Origin: Planctomycetota bacterium | Lineage (GTDB): Bacteria; Planctomycetota; GCA-002687715; CAIWVZ01 | Direction: 5' to 3' | NCBI GenBank assembly: GCA_044222185.1 | Contig: JBGANV010000001.1 | Coordinates: 992,001-1,056,000, forward strand | DNA length: 64,000 bases | Shown: positions 9,534-19,270 of the stretch, piece after piece | Numbering within the stretch: position 1 is the first letter of the stretch | How the letters are laid out: each line of letters starts with the position of its first letter | Program-made: the position numbers and the translations under genes | The notes under the pieces: model-generated | What the model saw: the letters and a program-made list of their open reading frames with translations, nothing else | Told to the model about the DNA's origin: nothing | Databases searched by the model: none

Positions 9534-10151
9534 TCAGAACGCGACTTTCACGATGCGCTTCTGATCCGGATCCGCGATCCAGAAGTGCTTGCCGTCCTGG
9601 CAGATCCCCATGGGCTTCCCGCCCACGTTGTAGGACACGAGGATCGACCCCGTCGGGATGTGCATCTTGTGGACGAGTCCCGCGGCGGGCTCGGTGAAGA
9701 AGAGGTGCTTGTCGAGGGCGACGAGACCACACACCTCGGGCTTCGACGGATAGGCGCGGATGAAACTGCCGTCCGCCTGCTTCACCTTGCGGAGCTGTCC
9801 GAGCCGCGAGAGCGAGTACCAGATCGCATCGCCTTCGCAGGAGACGCCGGCCACATCACCCGTCGGGTGCTCGACCTTCAGCGCTTTGACGATCTCGCCG
9901 GTTTCCGGATCGATCTGGGAGATCGTGCGGGACGTTTGATCGGCCTGCCAGACGTGCTTGCCGTCCCACCCGCAACCCGAAAGCTCGCCGTCGAAAGCGA
10001 TGCTGAAGAGCACGTGGCCTCCGTTCGGATCGACGCGGAAGATCTTGCGATCCTTGCGATCCGAGATCCAAAGACCCTCGCCGTCGAAGGCGAGTCCGAC
10101 CGGTGCGGGACCGGGTGCTGGGAACTGTGCGATGATCGTGCCGTCTGCCAT
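9534..10151 (-). CDS. Cytoplasmic beta-propeller repeat protein (Vgb/glutamine cyclotransferase-like)
   Basis: Five repeats of about 40 aa (GLAFDGEGLW / GCGWDGKHVW / GVSCEGDAIW / GLVALDKHLF / GICQDGKHFW). No signal peptide. Confidence 0.75.
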   Translation of the reverse strand: MADGTIIAQFPAPGPAPVGLAFDGEGLWISDRKDRKIFRVDPNGGHVLFSIAFDGELSGCGWDGKHVWQADQTSRTISQIDPETGEIVKALKVEHPTGDVAGVSCEGDAIWYSLSRLGQLRKVKQADGSFIRAYPSKPEVCGLVALDKHLFFTEPAAGLVHKMHIPTGSILVSYNVGGKPMGICQDGKHFWIADPDQKRIVKVAF

Positions 10152-10281
10152 TCAATCTCCACCCTGTGCGCGCCTTTCGACAGCTTATGGGAGGCCGCTC
10201 GAGCGGCGGCGCGCGTTCCGGAACGACCCCCCGGTTGAAGGTGGCGATGGTAGCAGCGAGTGGCAGCGACGGTAGATCGGC

Positions 10282-11184
10282 TCAGAAGCGGAGGAACGAG
10301 AGGAAGGCCTCCAATCGTCGGTCGATCTGTGCCCGGTCGATCTGCAGGAGGCGGTCCAGGCTGAAGGCTTCGACGGTGAACGAGGCGACGACCGTGCCGT
10401 AGGCCATCGCCAGTTTCAGGTTGGGCCAGGAAAGGTCCCCGGATTGGGCCAGGTATCCCATGAATCCCGCAGCAAACGTGTCGCCTGCACCCGTCGGGTC
10501 GTGGACCTCCTCCAAGGGGTAGGCGGGAAGGGCGAAGAAGGTCCCGTCATGGAGCAGCATCGACCCGTGCTCGCCTTTCTTCACCACGACCGTTCGGACA
10601 CCCCATCCGGCGATGGTGTTCATGGCTCGGACGAGGTTGTGTTCCTTCGCGAGGGCGCGGGCCTCCTCGTCGTTCATCACGACGCCGTCGACCTTCTTGA
10701 AGGCCTCGAGCAGTTTCTCGCGGGCGTGCTCGATCCAGAGGTTCATCGTGTCGAGGAGGACGAACTTCCGTGCCGTGAGTTGGTCGGCGACGAAGCTCTG
10801 CGTGACCGGGTCGCCGTTGGCGAGGAAGACGAAGGGCTGCTTGCGATGCGCCGGGGCCAGATCGGGGCGAAAGTTCCCCAGCACGTTCAAATCCGTGCGC
10901 CGCGTCCGGGCCGAGTCCATGCGACCGACGTATTCTCCCGACCACCGGAAGGTCTTCGCCCCTGCGCGATGCTCCAAGCCCGAGACGTCGATCCCCTTCT
11001 TGCGGAAGAGTGCCACGTGTTCCGCCGGGAAGTCGTCGCCGACGACGCCGACGAGGCTCACGGGTGTGAAGAACGAAGCGGCGCAGGAGAAGTAGCTCGC
11101 TGCCCCGCCCAGGATGTTGTCACGATCACCGAACGGTGTCGTCACCGAGTCCAACGCGATCGATCCGACGACGAGCAGAGACAT
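10282..11184 (-). CDS. PfkB family carbohydrate/nucleoside kinase
   Basis: VVGSIALD, LGGAA, DTMNLWI, KKGEHG, DPTGAGDTFAAG. Confidence 0.92.
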   Translation of the reverse strand: MSLLVVGSIALDSVTTPFGDRDNILGGAASYFSCAASFFTPVSLVGVVGDDFPAEHVALFRKKGIDVSGLEHRAGAKTFRWSGEYVGRMDSARTRRTDLNVLGNFRPDLAPAHRKQPFVFLANGDPVTQSFVADQLTARKFVLLDTMNLWIEHAREKLLEAFKKVDGVVMNDEEARALAKEHNLVRAMNTIAGWGVRTVVVKKGEHGSMLLHDGTFFALPAYPLEEVHDPTGAGDTFAAGFMGYLAQSGDLSWPNLKLAMAYGTVVASFTVEAFSLDRLLQIDRAQIDRRLEAFLSFLRF

Positions 11185-11214
11185 GGTCGCTCCGGTTGGG
11201 TTTCCTGATCGTGT

Positions 11215-12585
11215 TCAGCGCCCGGTGGTCGCCGGCACGACGTCAGTCGCATCCGGCTCCTCGCTCTCATGCACCGCGTCCATGACGTTGTGGCGATGGG
11301 TGAAGAAGAACACGCCACCGAGCAGGCTCCACACGAGCATTGCCGTGCGCTGCACGACCGAAAGTGCGATGGATAGGTCGATGTTCCAGATGCCGACGGC
11401 GCGGAAGAAGTACGCGAACGCCGCCTCGCCTACGCCCCACCCGCCGGGAAGCAGCGGGATCGAGGAGATGATCATCGTCACCGGCACCGTGGCGAGGTAG
11501 GCCACGAGCGAATTCCCTTCCAGCCCGGCGCGCTGGTCGAGTCCGATCGCGAGGCCGAACAGGTACACGGCGCCGATGTTCCCGCAGTGCGACACGATGG
11601 AAATCAGCGTCGCCTTCCAGACCACGCCGATCTGCGAGCGGTACATGAAGAAGGCGTTGTCCAGCTTCCGCGCGATCCCCGCTCCGGGGAGCTTCTTCAT
11701 GAGCACGTCGAGCCTGATCGCCCGACGCACTCGGCGAGAGAAGAACAGGACGAGGCCGGCCACCGCCGCGCCGAGGAAGCCGAAGATGCCGAATGCCGCC
11801 TCGTGGAACCGGTCGAAGTTGAACACGAGCACGACCGCGGACATCGCTGCGAGCACGACGATGCCGAGGACACGATCCACGATCACCGTGCCCACGGCCG
11901 CCGGGCGCTGCTCGGGGTGGTCGCGGGCGATCATCACGGCCTTCACGATGTCGCCGCCGGTCAGACCGGGCATGACGTTGTTGAAGAAGACGCCGATGAA
12001 CGTGAGCCGGAATGCCCTCCCGAACTGTCCCGCCAGACCTTGTGCCTTGAGCAGCCACGTCCACCGCAGCACGCCCGTCGCATAGGCCATCGCCATGCAG
12101 AGGAACGCACCGATCGTGTAGAGGGGTTGGTCGTCCAGGCGACCGAAGATCGAGGCGAGCCCGAACTTGGCGTTCAGCACGACGCGGCGCGGGTCCTTCT
12201 CGTCGGCGCGCGGAACGACGTCCTCCAGTCGGAACTGGCGCTCCGCTCCGGAGGCGTCCACGAGCGTCACCTTGCCGGTGAACGTCACGCTGTCGCCGTG
12301 CCACTGCGCGTCGTCCTTGCGTTGCTCACCGCGAGTCTCGACGACGAAGCGCGCGCCGTCCTTTCGAACGAGGCAGCGCTCGAAGGGCGCGCGGCGTTCG
12401 ACGGCACCATCCTTCACGAGGACGTCGCCTGCAATCTGGAGCTTCCTGCCCGTGTAGGTCTGGTTCCCCGTCGGGGTGCGGATCTCGACCGTGTCGTCCA
12501 ACGTCAGCTGCTGGGCGATGAACCAGACGACACCGACTCCCAGCACGAGCTTGAGGATCGTTGTGAGGTGCGTCTTCGATTTCAC
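11215..12585 (-). CDS. Lysylphosphatidylglycerol synthase TM / UPF0104 flippase-like membrane protein
   Basis: RWTWLL, IGVFFNNVMPGLTGGDIVKA, VDRVLG, PLLPGGWGVGE, and multiple TM helices. Confidence 0.85.
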   Translation of the reverse strand: MKSKTHLTTILKLVLGVGVVWFIAQQLTLDDTVEIRTPTGNQTYTGRKLQIAGDVLVKDGAVERRAPFERCLVRKDGARFVVETRGEQRKDDAQWHGDSVTFTGKVTLVDASGAERQFRLEDVVPRADEKDPRRVVLNAKFGLASIFGRLDDQPLYTIGAFLCMAMAYATGVLRWTWLLKAQGLAGQFGRAFRLTFIGVFFNNVMPGLTGGDIVKAVMIARDHPEQRPAAVGTVIVDRVLGIVVLAAMSAVVLVFNFDRFHEAAFGIFGFLGAAVAGLVLFFSRRVRRAIRLDVLMKKLPGAGIARKLDNAFFMYRSQIGVVWKATLISIVSHCGNIGAVYLFGLAIGLDQRAGLEGNSLVAYLATVPVTMIISSIPLLPGGWGVGEAAFAYFFRAVGIWNIDLSIALSVVQRTAMLVWSLLGGVFFFTHRHNVMDAVHESEEPDATDVVPATTGR

Positions 12586-13169
12586 GATCGGTCCCCGTCG
12601 TGTGCCGGGGCCACTTTCGAGATCGCATCGGCAATCGACTCCAGCTCGCGGTCCAGATCCGCCAGGAGTCCGTCTGCGAAGGTTCGGACATCCAGCTTCA
12701 GGTCCTCAAGCCCGATCGCCGGAACCGGCGTTCCGGTCGAATCGATGTTGACACCCAGGTGAATCAGCATGGAGACCGGAGAAACCGTCGCGATCGAGAC
12801 ATTCAGCTTCCTATCAGCAACGAAGACGTCGTCGCCGCGCCGGCGGACGTCGGAAACTCCGCCGGCCCGGATGCGGTCCGCGAGGAGCCCCGTGAGCAGG
12901 CGCTGGATGAGCACCGCGCGCGTGAGGTCCCGATCGAAGCGCTCGACGATGACATGCAGCATGTCCCGGGAGTAAATGAACAGCCCGCGCTCACGATCGG
13001 CGAGATCCACGAGTGATGAGCCGCGCACGTTCGCTTCACCGCGAAACGCCACGGCTGCGTCCGACCGAACGCCAAAGCGTGACCGGAGGAAATGGGGGCG
13101 CAGCTGCGTGCCGTCGTAGTCCTGTCGTGGCTCGAGGACGACGCGGCATTCGAGTCGTCTCAGGGCCAA
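12582..13169 (-). CDS. DUF366 family protein (biotin/lipoate ligase-like fold)
   Basis: YDGTQL, LVDLAD, IYSRDMLH, RRGDDVFVADRKLNVSIATVSPVSMLIHLGVNI. TTG start is inferred. Confidence 0.8.
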   Translation of the reverse strand: MALRRLECRVVLEPRQDYDGTQLRPHFLRSRFGVRSDAAVAFRGEANVRGSSLVDLADRERGLFIYSRDMLHVIVERFDRDLTRAVLIQRLLTGLLADRIRAGGVSDVRRRGDDVFVADRKLNVSIATVSPVSMLIHLGVNIDSTGTPVPAIGLEDLKLDVRTFADGLLADLDRELESIADAISKVAPAHDGDRS

Positions 13170-14263
13170 CGTCTCTTCCCCGTCTTGTCCCACCACAACT
13201 CCCATGCCGGGGCGTCGGCACCGAAGTCCTCCGACGTCATGGCGACGAGCGCACGTTGCGCGGATTCCTTGACGATGGGCTCGTCGTCCGAGAGCTGGTT
13301 GATGATGAGCAGGATGACGTCGCGGCGCGGGTACTGGGCCATCGCACCGATGATGCGCGACCGGGCGATGGCATCCCGCTCGCGAGCGAGCCCGAACGCC
13401 AGCGCGTCGGCGAAAGCCGGATCGTTGACCCGGGCGGCGGCCAGGGCGCCGGCTCCGCGGACCTCCGGTGACCCACGGCGGAGCGCCTCCGAGATTCCCA
13501 GCACGACGACCTGGCGCGACAACCTCAGGATCGTGGTCCGCTGGAGGTCACGCAGCTCCGGGGCATCGAACAGAACCGCCTGGAGTCCGAAGAACAACAG
13601 CACGGCGCGAGCGGACCCCAGGTTCGCGAACTGGCACTTCGACAGGATCTGGAACGGTTCGGTGGCATCGCGTGCCGCCGCCGCCTTCGTCTCCGGCCCG
13701 TGGACCTTCCACCACTCCTCCCAGGCCTTGGGGTCGCGGCCCAGGTCCTCGCCCGTCGCCACTCGAAGCTGCTCGAGTGCGCGCTCGACGACGGCGCGAT
13801 CCGCGTTCGCCAGCGCCGGGATCAGCGTGGTTTCGATCGTCAGGCGATCGAGGAGTTTGGCCAGCCTGTCGACCTGTTGTCCGGCGAGTTGGTTCGTCTC
13901 CTTCGAGTTCGTGTATTCGAAGGGCTCATCCACGGGCGGGATCGGATAACGCTCCGCCATGTGTGCGAGGAGCAGCGCGGACTGCGATTGGCAGAGTGGG
14001 ACCGTGTCCTTCTCGATCCCGACGATGTAACCCGCGTAGGCGACCGACCGGGCCATCTGCGACAACGTCATGGTGTCCTGGTCGGTCAGGCCACCCAGCG
14101 CTTCGTGAACGAGTTGGCCGGCGTCGTAGACCTCGGGCCGGAGCTTCTTCTCCTCACGGTCGTAGACCGATCCCAAGTCGTTGAGATAGTCTTCCGTGTC
14201 CCGGCAACCGCCGAGCAGGAACAGCCCGGCGAGCACTAGGACGAAGGCGCGACCGCGGAGCAT
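13160..14263 (-). CDS. HEAT-repeat lipoprotein
   Basis: Lipobox LLGGC, HEAT-like helices, and two TG/SEDxGxDxxAWxxWW motifs. Start may instead be GTG 14281. Confidence 0.75.
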   Translation of the reverse strand: MLRGRAFVLVLAGLFLLGGCRDTEDYLNDLGSVYDREEKKLRPEVYDAGQLVHEALGGLTDQDTMTLSQMARSVAYAGYIVGIEKDTVPLCQSQSALLLAHMAERYPIPPVDEPFEYTNSKETNQLAGQQVDRLAKLLDRLTIETTLIPALANADRAVVERALEQLRVATGEDLGRDPKAWEEWWKVHGPETKAAAARDATEPFQILSKCQFANLGSARAVLLFFGLQAVLFDAPELRDLQRTTILRLSRQVVVLGISEALRRGSPEVRGAGALAAARVNDPAFADALAFGLARERDAIARSRIIGAMAQYPRRDVILLIINQLSDDEPIVKESAQRALVAMTSEDFGADAPAWELWWDKTGKRRWP

Positions 14264-14312
14264 GACCTCGCCAATCTTCACGGCGCGGAATCTAACCCCA
14301 GTCCCCAAAAGG

Positions 14313-14717
14313 TCAATCGACGCGGGGCCCAAGGAACGGACCAAGCCGCGGTGGCGCCAGCAGGGGTGGCCGCACCGCGTCCCGCGCCTCGCGCGTGCGT
14401 GCTCGCAGCAGCTCGTCGAAATAGTCGGCGAATGCGTCGGCGAACGCCTCGCAGTTCACCCCTCGATACGTCGCGGGAAGGACCGCGAGTTTGGCGAGCG
14501 TGGCCCGAGCCAGCTGGGACGCGCCGGCCTGGTTCGAGCCATGGAAGTGGTGCAGTGCGACGCTCGCCTGGATCAGCGCCTGGATGAAGAGCCGATCCTC
14601 GCCTTCCAGGTGATGCCAGATCTCCTCCCAGGTCTCGTGGGCATCGAAGTAACGCCGCGCGTCGAACTCGTCGGCGCCACGGCGCAGCATCACGTCCAGG
14701 GATTCAGGGCCGGTCAT
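14313..14717 (-). CDS. DUF309 domain protein
   Basis: FDARRYFDAHETWEEIW...FIQALIQASVALHH. Confidence 0.85.
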   Translation of the reverse strand: MTGPESLDVMLRRGADEFDARRYFDAHETWEEIWHHLEGEDRLFIQALIQASVALHHFHGSNQAGASQLARATLAKLAVLPATYRGVNCEAFADAFADYFDELLRARTREARDAVRPPLLAPPRLGPFLGPRVD

Positions 14718-14727
14718 GGGAAATGAA

Positions 14728-14765
14728 GGCGGGGTGGCATGCAGCCTACCGCATGCCACCCCGCC
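14728..14765 (-). terminator. Perfect 15-bp inverted repeat, probable intrinsic terminator of the di-heme gene
   Basis: GGCGGGGTGGCATGC-agcctacc-GCATGCCACCCCGCC lies just past the stop at 14790 and is followed by TTCATTT on the minus strand. Confidence 0.6.
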
Positions 14766-14789
14766 ACGCCTCGCTCGCGTCGTCGCCGA

Positions 14790-16364
14790 TCAGTTGGGCG
14801 GCCACGCCTTGGCGTGGTTGTTCTCGTCGACCGTCAGGTACTGCGTGCCTGGCTTCAACACCTGGAGGGTCTTCAGGAACTCGATGATGCCGTTCTTCTC
14901 GTCGTTCGAGAGGCCTTCGAAGGCCTGACGGCTCGCGAGAGCCTCACCCGAGTGCGCGAGGATGGCCTGGCGCATCGTCGTGAACTGTCCGTGGTGGAAG
15001 TACGGCGGCTCGTTGGCACACCCCCACAGCTTGCGCGTGAGGAAGCGCGTGTTGCCTGCGAAGAACCCCGTCGAACCAGCCGGCTTGTTCTGGTTGATGC
15101 GCTCGCGGTTCGGATCGTTGGGGCCGTCGCAGATGTCGTGGAGCTTCAAGTCCGTGAACGCCCGCACGAGCGTCACGTTGCCGCTCGACGTCTTGAGTCG
15201 CGGTCTGGGAAGACCCGCCGCGGTATTGAGGTTCACCGAGAACGGCGGCGCGTCACCGGGGCGGAGGTTGCCCGCCGGGTTGTAGGGGTTCGGTTCCACG
15301 AACGTCGGGCTGTTCAGGGCGAGGGCCGGTCGGTGGCACGTTGCGCAGCCGATCTGCTCGAATTTCGTCTCGCCGAGAAGCACGGCGGCCTCGACGATCG
15401 GATCGTTCGGGATGACGCGGCCTGGCGGCGCCATCACGGCCTGGAAGACGGACGCCGCGGTGACCTCCGCGCGCGTCATCTCGTTCGTGAAGCCGTCGCC
15501 ATCGGGGTCCGTGTTCACACCGAAACGCTCCGTCGGCTGGATCCCGTGGTGGTGGTTGAACGCGTTGTTCGTGAACTGCCGGATCGAGATGACGTTCCCG
15601 ACCTGGTGGAACGGGCGAATCACCAGGCTCGGCGGATCATTGGGACCCGTCGTCGCGAGGCTCGGGTCAGGCAAGCCCTCGACGCCCGCCGTGATCCAGT
15701 TGCCTGCCGCATCGCGGGCGATGTTGCCGAAGCCGACGCCCTTCGACGTGAGGGCGCGGGTCTGTCCGGCGAGCGTCGCGTTGCGGATCGCCTGGAGGTC
15801 GGCGGTCATCTCGCGCGCGAGCAGCTCGATGTAGCCGGAGCCGAACATGCCGAGCGTGGCGCGGAAGTTCCCGATCCCCTGAAGCGTCGTCGGCTGTCCG
15901 TTCTCGGCGACGGCGCCGCTCAACGGAATGAAGTCGTTCCCGTCGAAGGTCGCGTAGTCGAAGCGCTGAGCGAGGACGAACACGCCGGTCACGTAGTCAC
16001 CGCCGCCGCCCGAGAGACCGTAGGGCGCGTTGTGGCAGCCCGCACAGGAGTTCGCGTCCTGCGCCGACACGCGATTGAAGGCTCGGGGGAACACGAGCGG
16101 GTTCGCCGGGTTCGAGACGGGCGCGCCCGTTCCCTTGGTGAGCGGCCGCCCACCGCCTTCCTGGAGCGTCCAGTTCGCATCGAACAGGCGCTTTCCATGA
16201 CTGAGAAGAGTCGAGAGCGGAACGGTGTACTCGTCTCCGTCTTGGAGATGTGTCGGGACGGAGATCTCCTGTCCCAGCTGTTGACCGAACGCGACGGACG
16301 CCAGCGCGAACGTCAGCACGATTGCAGACGCTCCCCGCTTGGGGCTTGTGTGAAACGGCTTCAT
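14790..16364 (-). CDS. Secreted di-heme oxidoreductase (DHOR; bCCP/MauG superfamily)
   Basis: Signal peptide, heme motifs CAGCH and CATCH, FTDLKLHD, TRKLWG, PYFHHG, AILAHSGEA. Confidence 0.85.
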   Translation of the reverse strand: MKPFHTSPKRGASAIVLTFALASVAFGQQLGQEISVPTHLQDGDEYTVPLSTLLSHGKRLFDANWTLQEGGGRPLTKGTGAPVSNPANPLVFPRAFNRVSAQDANSCAGCHNAPYGLSGGGGDYVTGVFVLAQRFDYATFDGNDFIPLSGAVAENGQPTTLQGIGNFRATLGMFGSGYIELLAREMTADLQAIRNATLAGQTRALTSKGVGFGNIARDAAGNWITAGVEGLPDPSLATTGPNDPPSLVIRPFHQVGNVISIRQFTNNAFNHHHGIQPTERFGVNTDPDGDGFTNEMTRAEVTAASVFQAVMAPPGRVIPNDPIVEAAVLLGETKFEQIGCATCHRPALALNSPTFVEPNPYNPAGNLRPGDAPPFSVNLNTAAGLPRPRLKTSSGNVTLVRAFTDLKLHDICDGPNDPNRERINQNKPAGSTGFFAGNTRFLTRKLWGCANEPPYFHHGQFTTMRQAILAHSGEALASRQAFEGLSNDEKNGIIEFLKTLQVLKPGTQYLTVDENNHAKAWPPN

Positions 16365-16516
16365 GGGTTTCTCTCCTGGCACGCGCGCTCCGACGCGACG
16401 TGTGAAGCCGACATCATCGGGGTCACGCACGGGTCGGTCAACACCGAACTATCGAGGTTTCGCCACAGATATCGCCCGAAGACACGCAGGTTCAGCGCCG
16501 GAGTCGAAAAATCCCA

Positions 16517-19270
16517 ATGGACGCGAACTCCAAGCAGACGATCCTCTCTTCCGGACAAGCGCGGCTCCACGCCTGGGTGCTCGTGCTCTCGGGGTTCATG
16601 CTGGCGAACGGAGCCTACTTGTTCGCGTCACCGCCGGAGGCGTCGATTCTGCCCTCCGCCTACCAGTGGCTGCTCGTTCTGCACGTCGTGGTGGGCGTAG
16701 TCCTGATCGTGCCGCTCGCGTGGTTCGTCATCTGGCATCTGCCGCGGGCGAGAGCCATGCGCAACGGCGCAGCGACCTCGTCCGGCCTTCTGGTCACGTT
16801 GGCGACGACTGCCCTCCTCGTCACGGGCTTCTTCATCTTCACTCGTGCCAACAGCGCGGGGAACCGCTGGGCATTCGTGACGCACCAGGTGCTATCGGTC
16901 GCCGCACCGTTGATCTATCTCGGCCACAGGATGCTCGGACGGAACCGGCCCACGGTCCGACAGCTCTCGGTGTGGTTTGCCACCGTCACGCTCGGCTTCG
17001 CCGGGATGGTCGTCGCGCACCAGGCGACGAAACCACCGCTCCCGCCCGACCCGCAAGCGTTCGTTCCGCGCCCGCCCGAAGGCGTGGACGTCTACAAGGA
17101 CGACTTCCCTACCTACGGCGTGTCGGGTGCCCCCGTCGACAGCGCCTTCTTCCCAGCGGCCACTCGGACGATCACGGGACGTCTCCTTCCCAATCGTCTC
17201 CTCACCAACGCGGACCTGCCCGATGAACGCCGCTTCAAGGACGAGATCCGGACCCGAGGATTCGCGGTCGACTCGAAGGTTGGGGCGGAAACCTGCGCTC
17301 GTTGTCACGCCGACATCGTCGAGCAATGGTCCCGCTCGGCGCATCGCTTCGCATCCTTCAACAACCCCTTCTATCGCGTCGCCGTCGAGTCGCTGCGCAA
17401 GGAGGACGACGGCCGGAAGCGGTCGCAGTGGTGCGCCGGCTGCCACGACCCGGCGATCATGATGGCCGGCAACATGACCGCCGACATCCACCCCGAGACG
17501 GCCGAGTCCCAGGCGGGCCTCACGTGTCTCGCCTGCCACGCGATGGACGAGGTCCACGGCGTCGGCGGAAACGGCAGCTATCGCATCGCCGACGCGACCC
17601 CCGAGCCCTACCTCTTCGCGGACGCTCGTTCCGGACCGCTCCTCGAGGTGCACGACCTGCTCATCCGCTCCAAGCCGGACGTCCACAAGCGCGACATGCT
17701 GAAGCCCGTGTTCCGCACCAGTGAATACTGCGGCACGTGTCACAAGGTGTCGCTCGACGTCCCCGTGAATCGCTATCGCTGGATCCGCGGGCAGAACGAA
17801 TACGACGCGCACCAGGACTCCGGCGTCACCCGGAACAACGCGCGGACGTTCTACCTCGCTCCCACCGCGAAACGTTGCCAGGACTGCCACATGCCCCTCG
17901 TGGACGCGCCACTCGGTGACCTCGCGGCAAAGAGTGGCAAGGTCCGCAGCCACCAGTTCCCAGGCCCGAACACGGCGCTGCCGAGCGTGCGTCACGACTC
18001 TCGGACGCTCGAGGAGATCGCCGCCTTCCGCAAGGACACGCTCCGCGTCGACATCTTCGCCGTGAAGTTCCTCGACCGCCCGGGCGAGCCCGTCGAACTC
18101 GCGCCCGATGCGGCGCCGCTTTCGATCCGCCCCGGCGAGACGATCGAGGTCCAGGTCGTGGTGCGGAACAAAGGTGCCGGCCATGGCTTCCCCGGTGGAA
18201 CGACGGACAGCAACCAGGCCTGGGTTCACTTCAAGGCCACGTTCCCCGACGGCACGACGCACGTGGAAAGCGGGAGCGTCGACGCGTCCACGCAGCGCAT
18301 CGACGAGACCTCCCATTTCTATCGAACGGTCTTCGTGGACGAGGATAGTCGCGAGATCCAAAAACGCGAACCGCATCGCTTCCGCGCGGTCGTCCACCAG
18401 AAACTCATCGGGCCCGGCACCGCGGACGTCGTGCGTTACCGAGTCACCGCGCCCGCCGCTCCGACGAACCTGAAGTTCGAGGCGAGCGTACGGTGGCGAA
18501 AGTTCTCCCCCGATTACGCGGCCTACGCGTGGAACTCGCTGTTCCCCGGACGGGATGTACCCGTGCTCCCCATCGATGACCTCGCTCGGGCCGCGTGCGA
18601 GGTCCGGGTCGCGGCCGGCGAGACGGCGCGGCCATCACCGGACGAAGCCCTCACGCGCGAGTGGGTCCGGATCAACGATTGGGGCATCGGACTCCTGCTG
18701 CAGGGCGACACGATCGGCGCATCGGCTGCGTTCCGTCGGGTCGCGGAACTGCGGAAGGAACTTCCCGACGGCCCGCGGAACCTCGCGCGCGCGGCCTTGC
18801 AGGAAGGCAACGTCCAGGCGGCACTCGCATCGTTGGAGGAGGCCGAGCGCCGCGCGCCAGGGAACGCGCAGACCGCCTACTTCTTCGGCGTCGGCCGTGA
18901 GAAGGCCGGCCAGCTCGACGAAGCCATCGCTGCATTCGAGCGCGCGCGGCAGGACTTCCCGGGTGATCGGACGATCCACTCCGAACTAGGACAGATCCGA
19001 TTCCGCCTCGGCCGCTATGACGACGCTCTGCGCGACATCCTGCGCGTGCTCGCGATCGACCCGGAGGACCGAGCTGCGCACTACTCACGCATGCAGATCT
19101 ATCAGGCCATGGGCGACAAAGACGCGGCTGGGCACGCGGAGCGCGCCTACCTCAAGTATCAAATCGACGAGAGCGCCCAGAAGTGGACACGCACCTACCG
19201 CGAAGCCAACGAGGCCGTGAATCTCGAGAGCCAGCTGGTCCACGGGCACTCGCTGCGGAGCCTCCGATGA
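16517..19270 (+). CDS. Membrane-anchored pentaheme c-type cytochrome with C-terminal TPR repeats
   Basis: About five N-terminal TM helices, five heme motifs (CARCH, CAGCH, CLACH, CGTCH, CQDCH), and TPR repeats in the last ~200 aa. Confidence 0.85.
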   Translation: MDANSKQTILSSGQARLHAWVLVLSGFMLANGAYLFASPPEASILPSAYQWLLVLHVVVGVVLIVPLAWFVIWHLPRARAMRNGAATSSGLLVTLATTALLVTGFFIFTRANSAGNRWAFVTHQVLSVAAPLIYLGHRMLGRNRPTVRQLSVWFATVTLGFAGMVVAHQATKPPLPPDPQAFVPRPPEGVDVYKDDFPTYGVSGAPVDSAFFPAATRTITGRLLPNRLLTNADLPDERRFKDEIRTRGFAVDSKVGAETCARCHADIVEQWSRSAHRFASFNNPFYRVAVESLRKEDDGRKRSQWCAGCHDPAIMMAGNMTADIHPETAESQAGLTCLACHAMDEVHGVGGNGSYRIADATPEPYLFADARSGPLLEVHDLLIRSKPDVHKRDMLKPVFRTSEYCGTCHKVSLDVPVNRYRWIRGQNEYDAHQDSGVTRNNARTFYLAPTAKRCQDCHMPLVDAPLGDLAAKSGKVRSHQFPGPNTALPSVRHDSRTLEEIAAFRKDTLRVDIFAVKFLDRPGEPVELAPDAAPLSIRPGETIEVQVVVRNKGAGHGFPGGTTDSNQAWVHFKATFPDGTTHVESGSVDASTQRIDETSHFYRTVFVDEDSREIQKREPHRFRAVVHQKLIGPGTADVVRYRVTAPAAPTNLKFEASVRWRKFSPDYAAYAWNSLFPGRDVPVLPIDDLARAACEVRVAAGETARPSPDEALTREWVRINDWGIGLLLQGDTIGASAAFRRVAELRKELPDGPRNLARAALQEGNVQAALASLEEAERRAPGNAQTAYFFGVGREKAGQLDEAIAAFERARQDFPGDRTIHSELGQIRFRLGRYDDALRDILRVLAIDPEDRAAHYSRMQIYQAMGDKDAAGHAERAYLKYQIDESAQKWTRTYREANEAVNLESQLVHGHSLRSLR

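Noticed and set aside
16401-16416. CRP/FNR site between the di-heme and pentaheme genes
   Set aside because: Only the TGTGA half-site matches, and the second half is poor.
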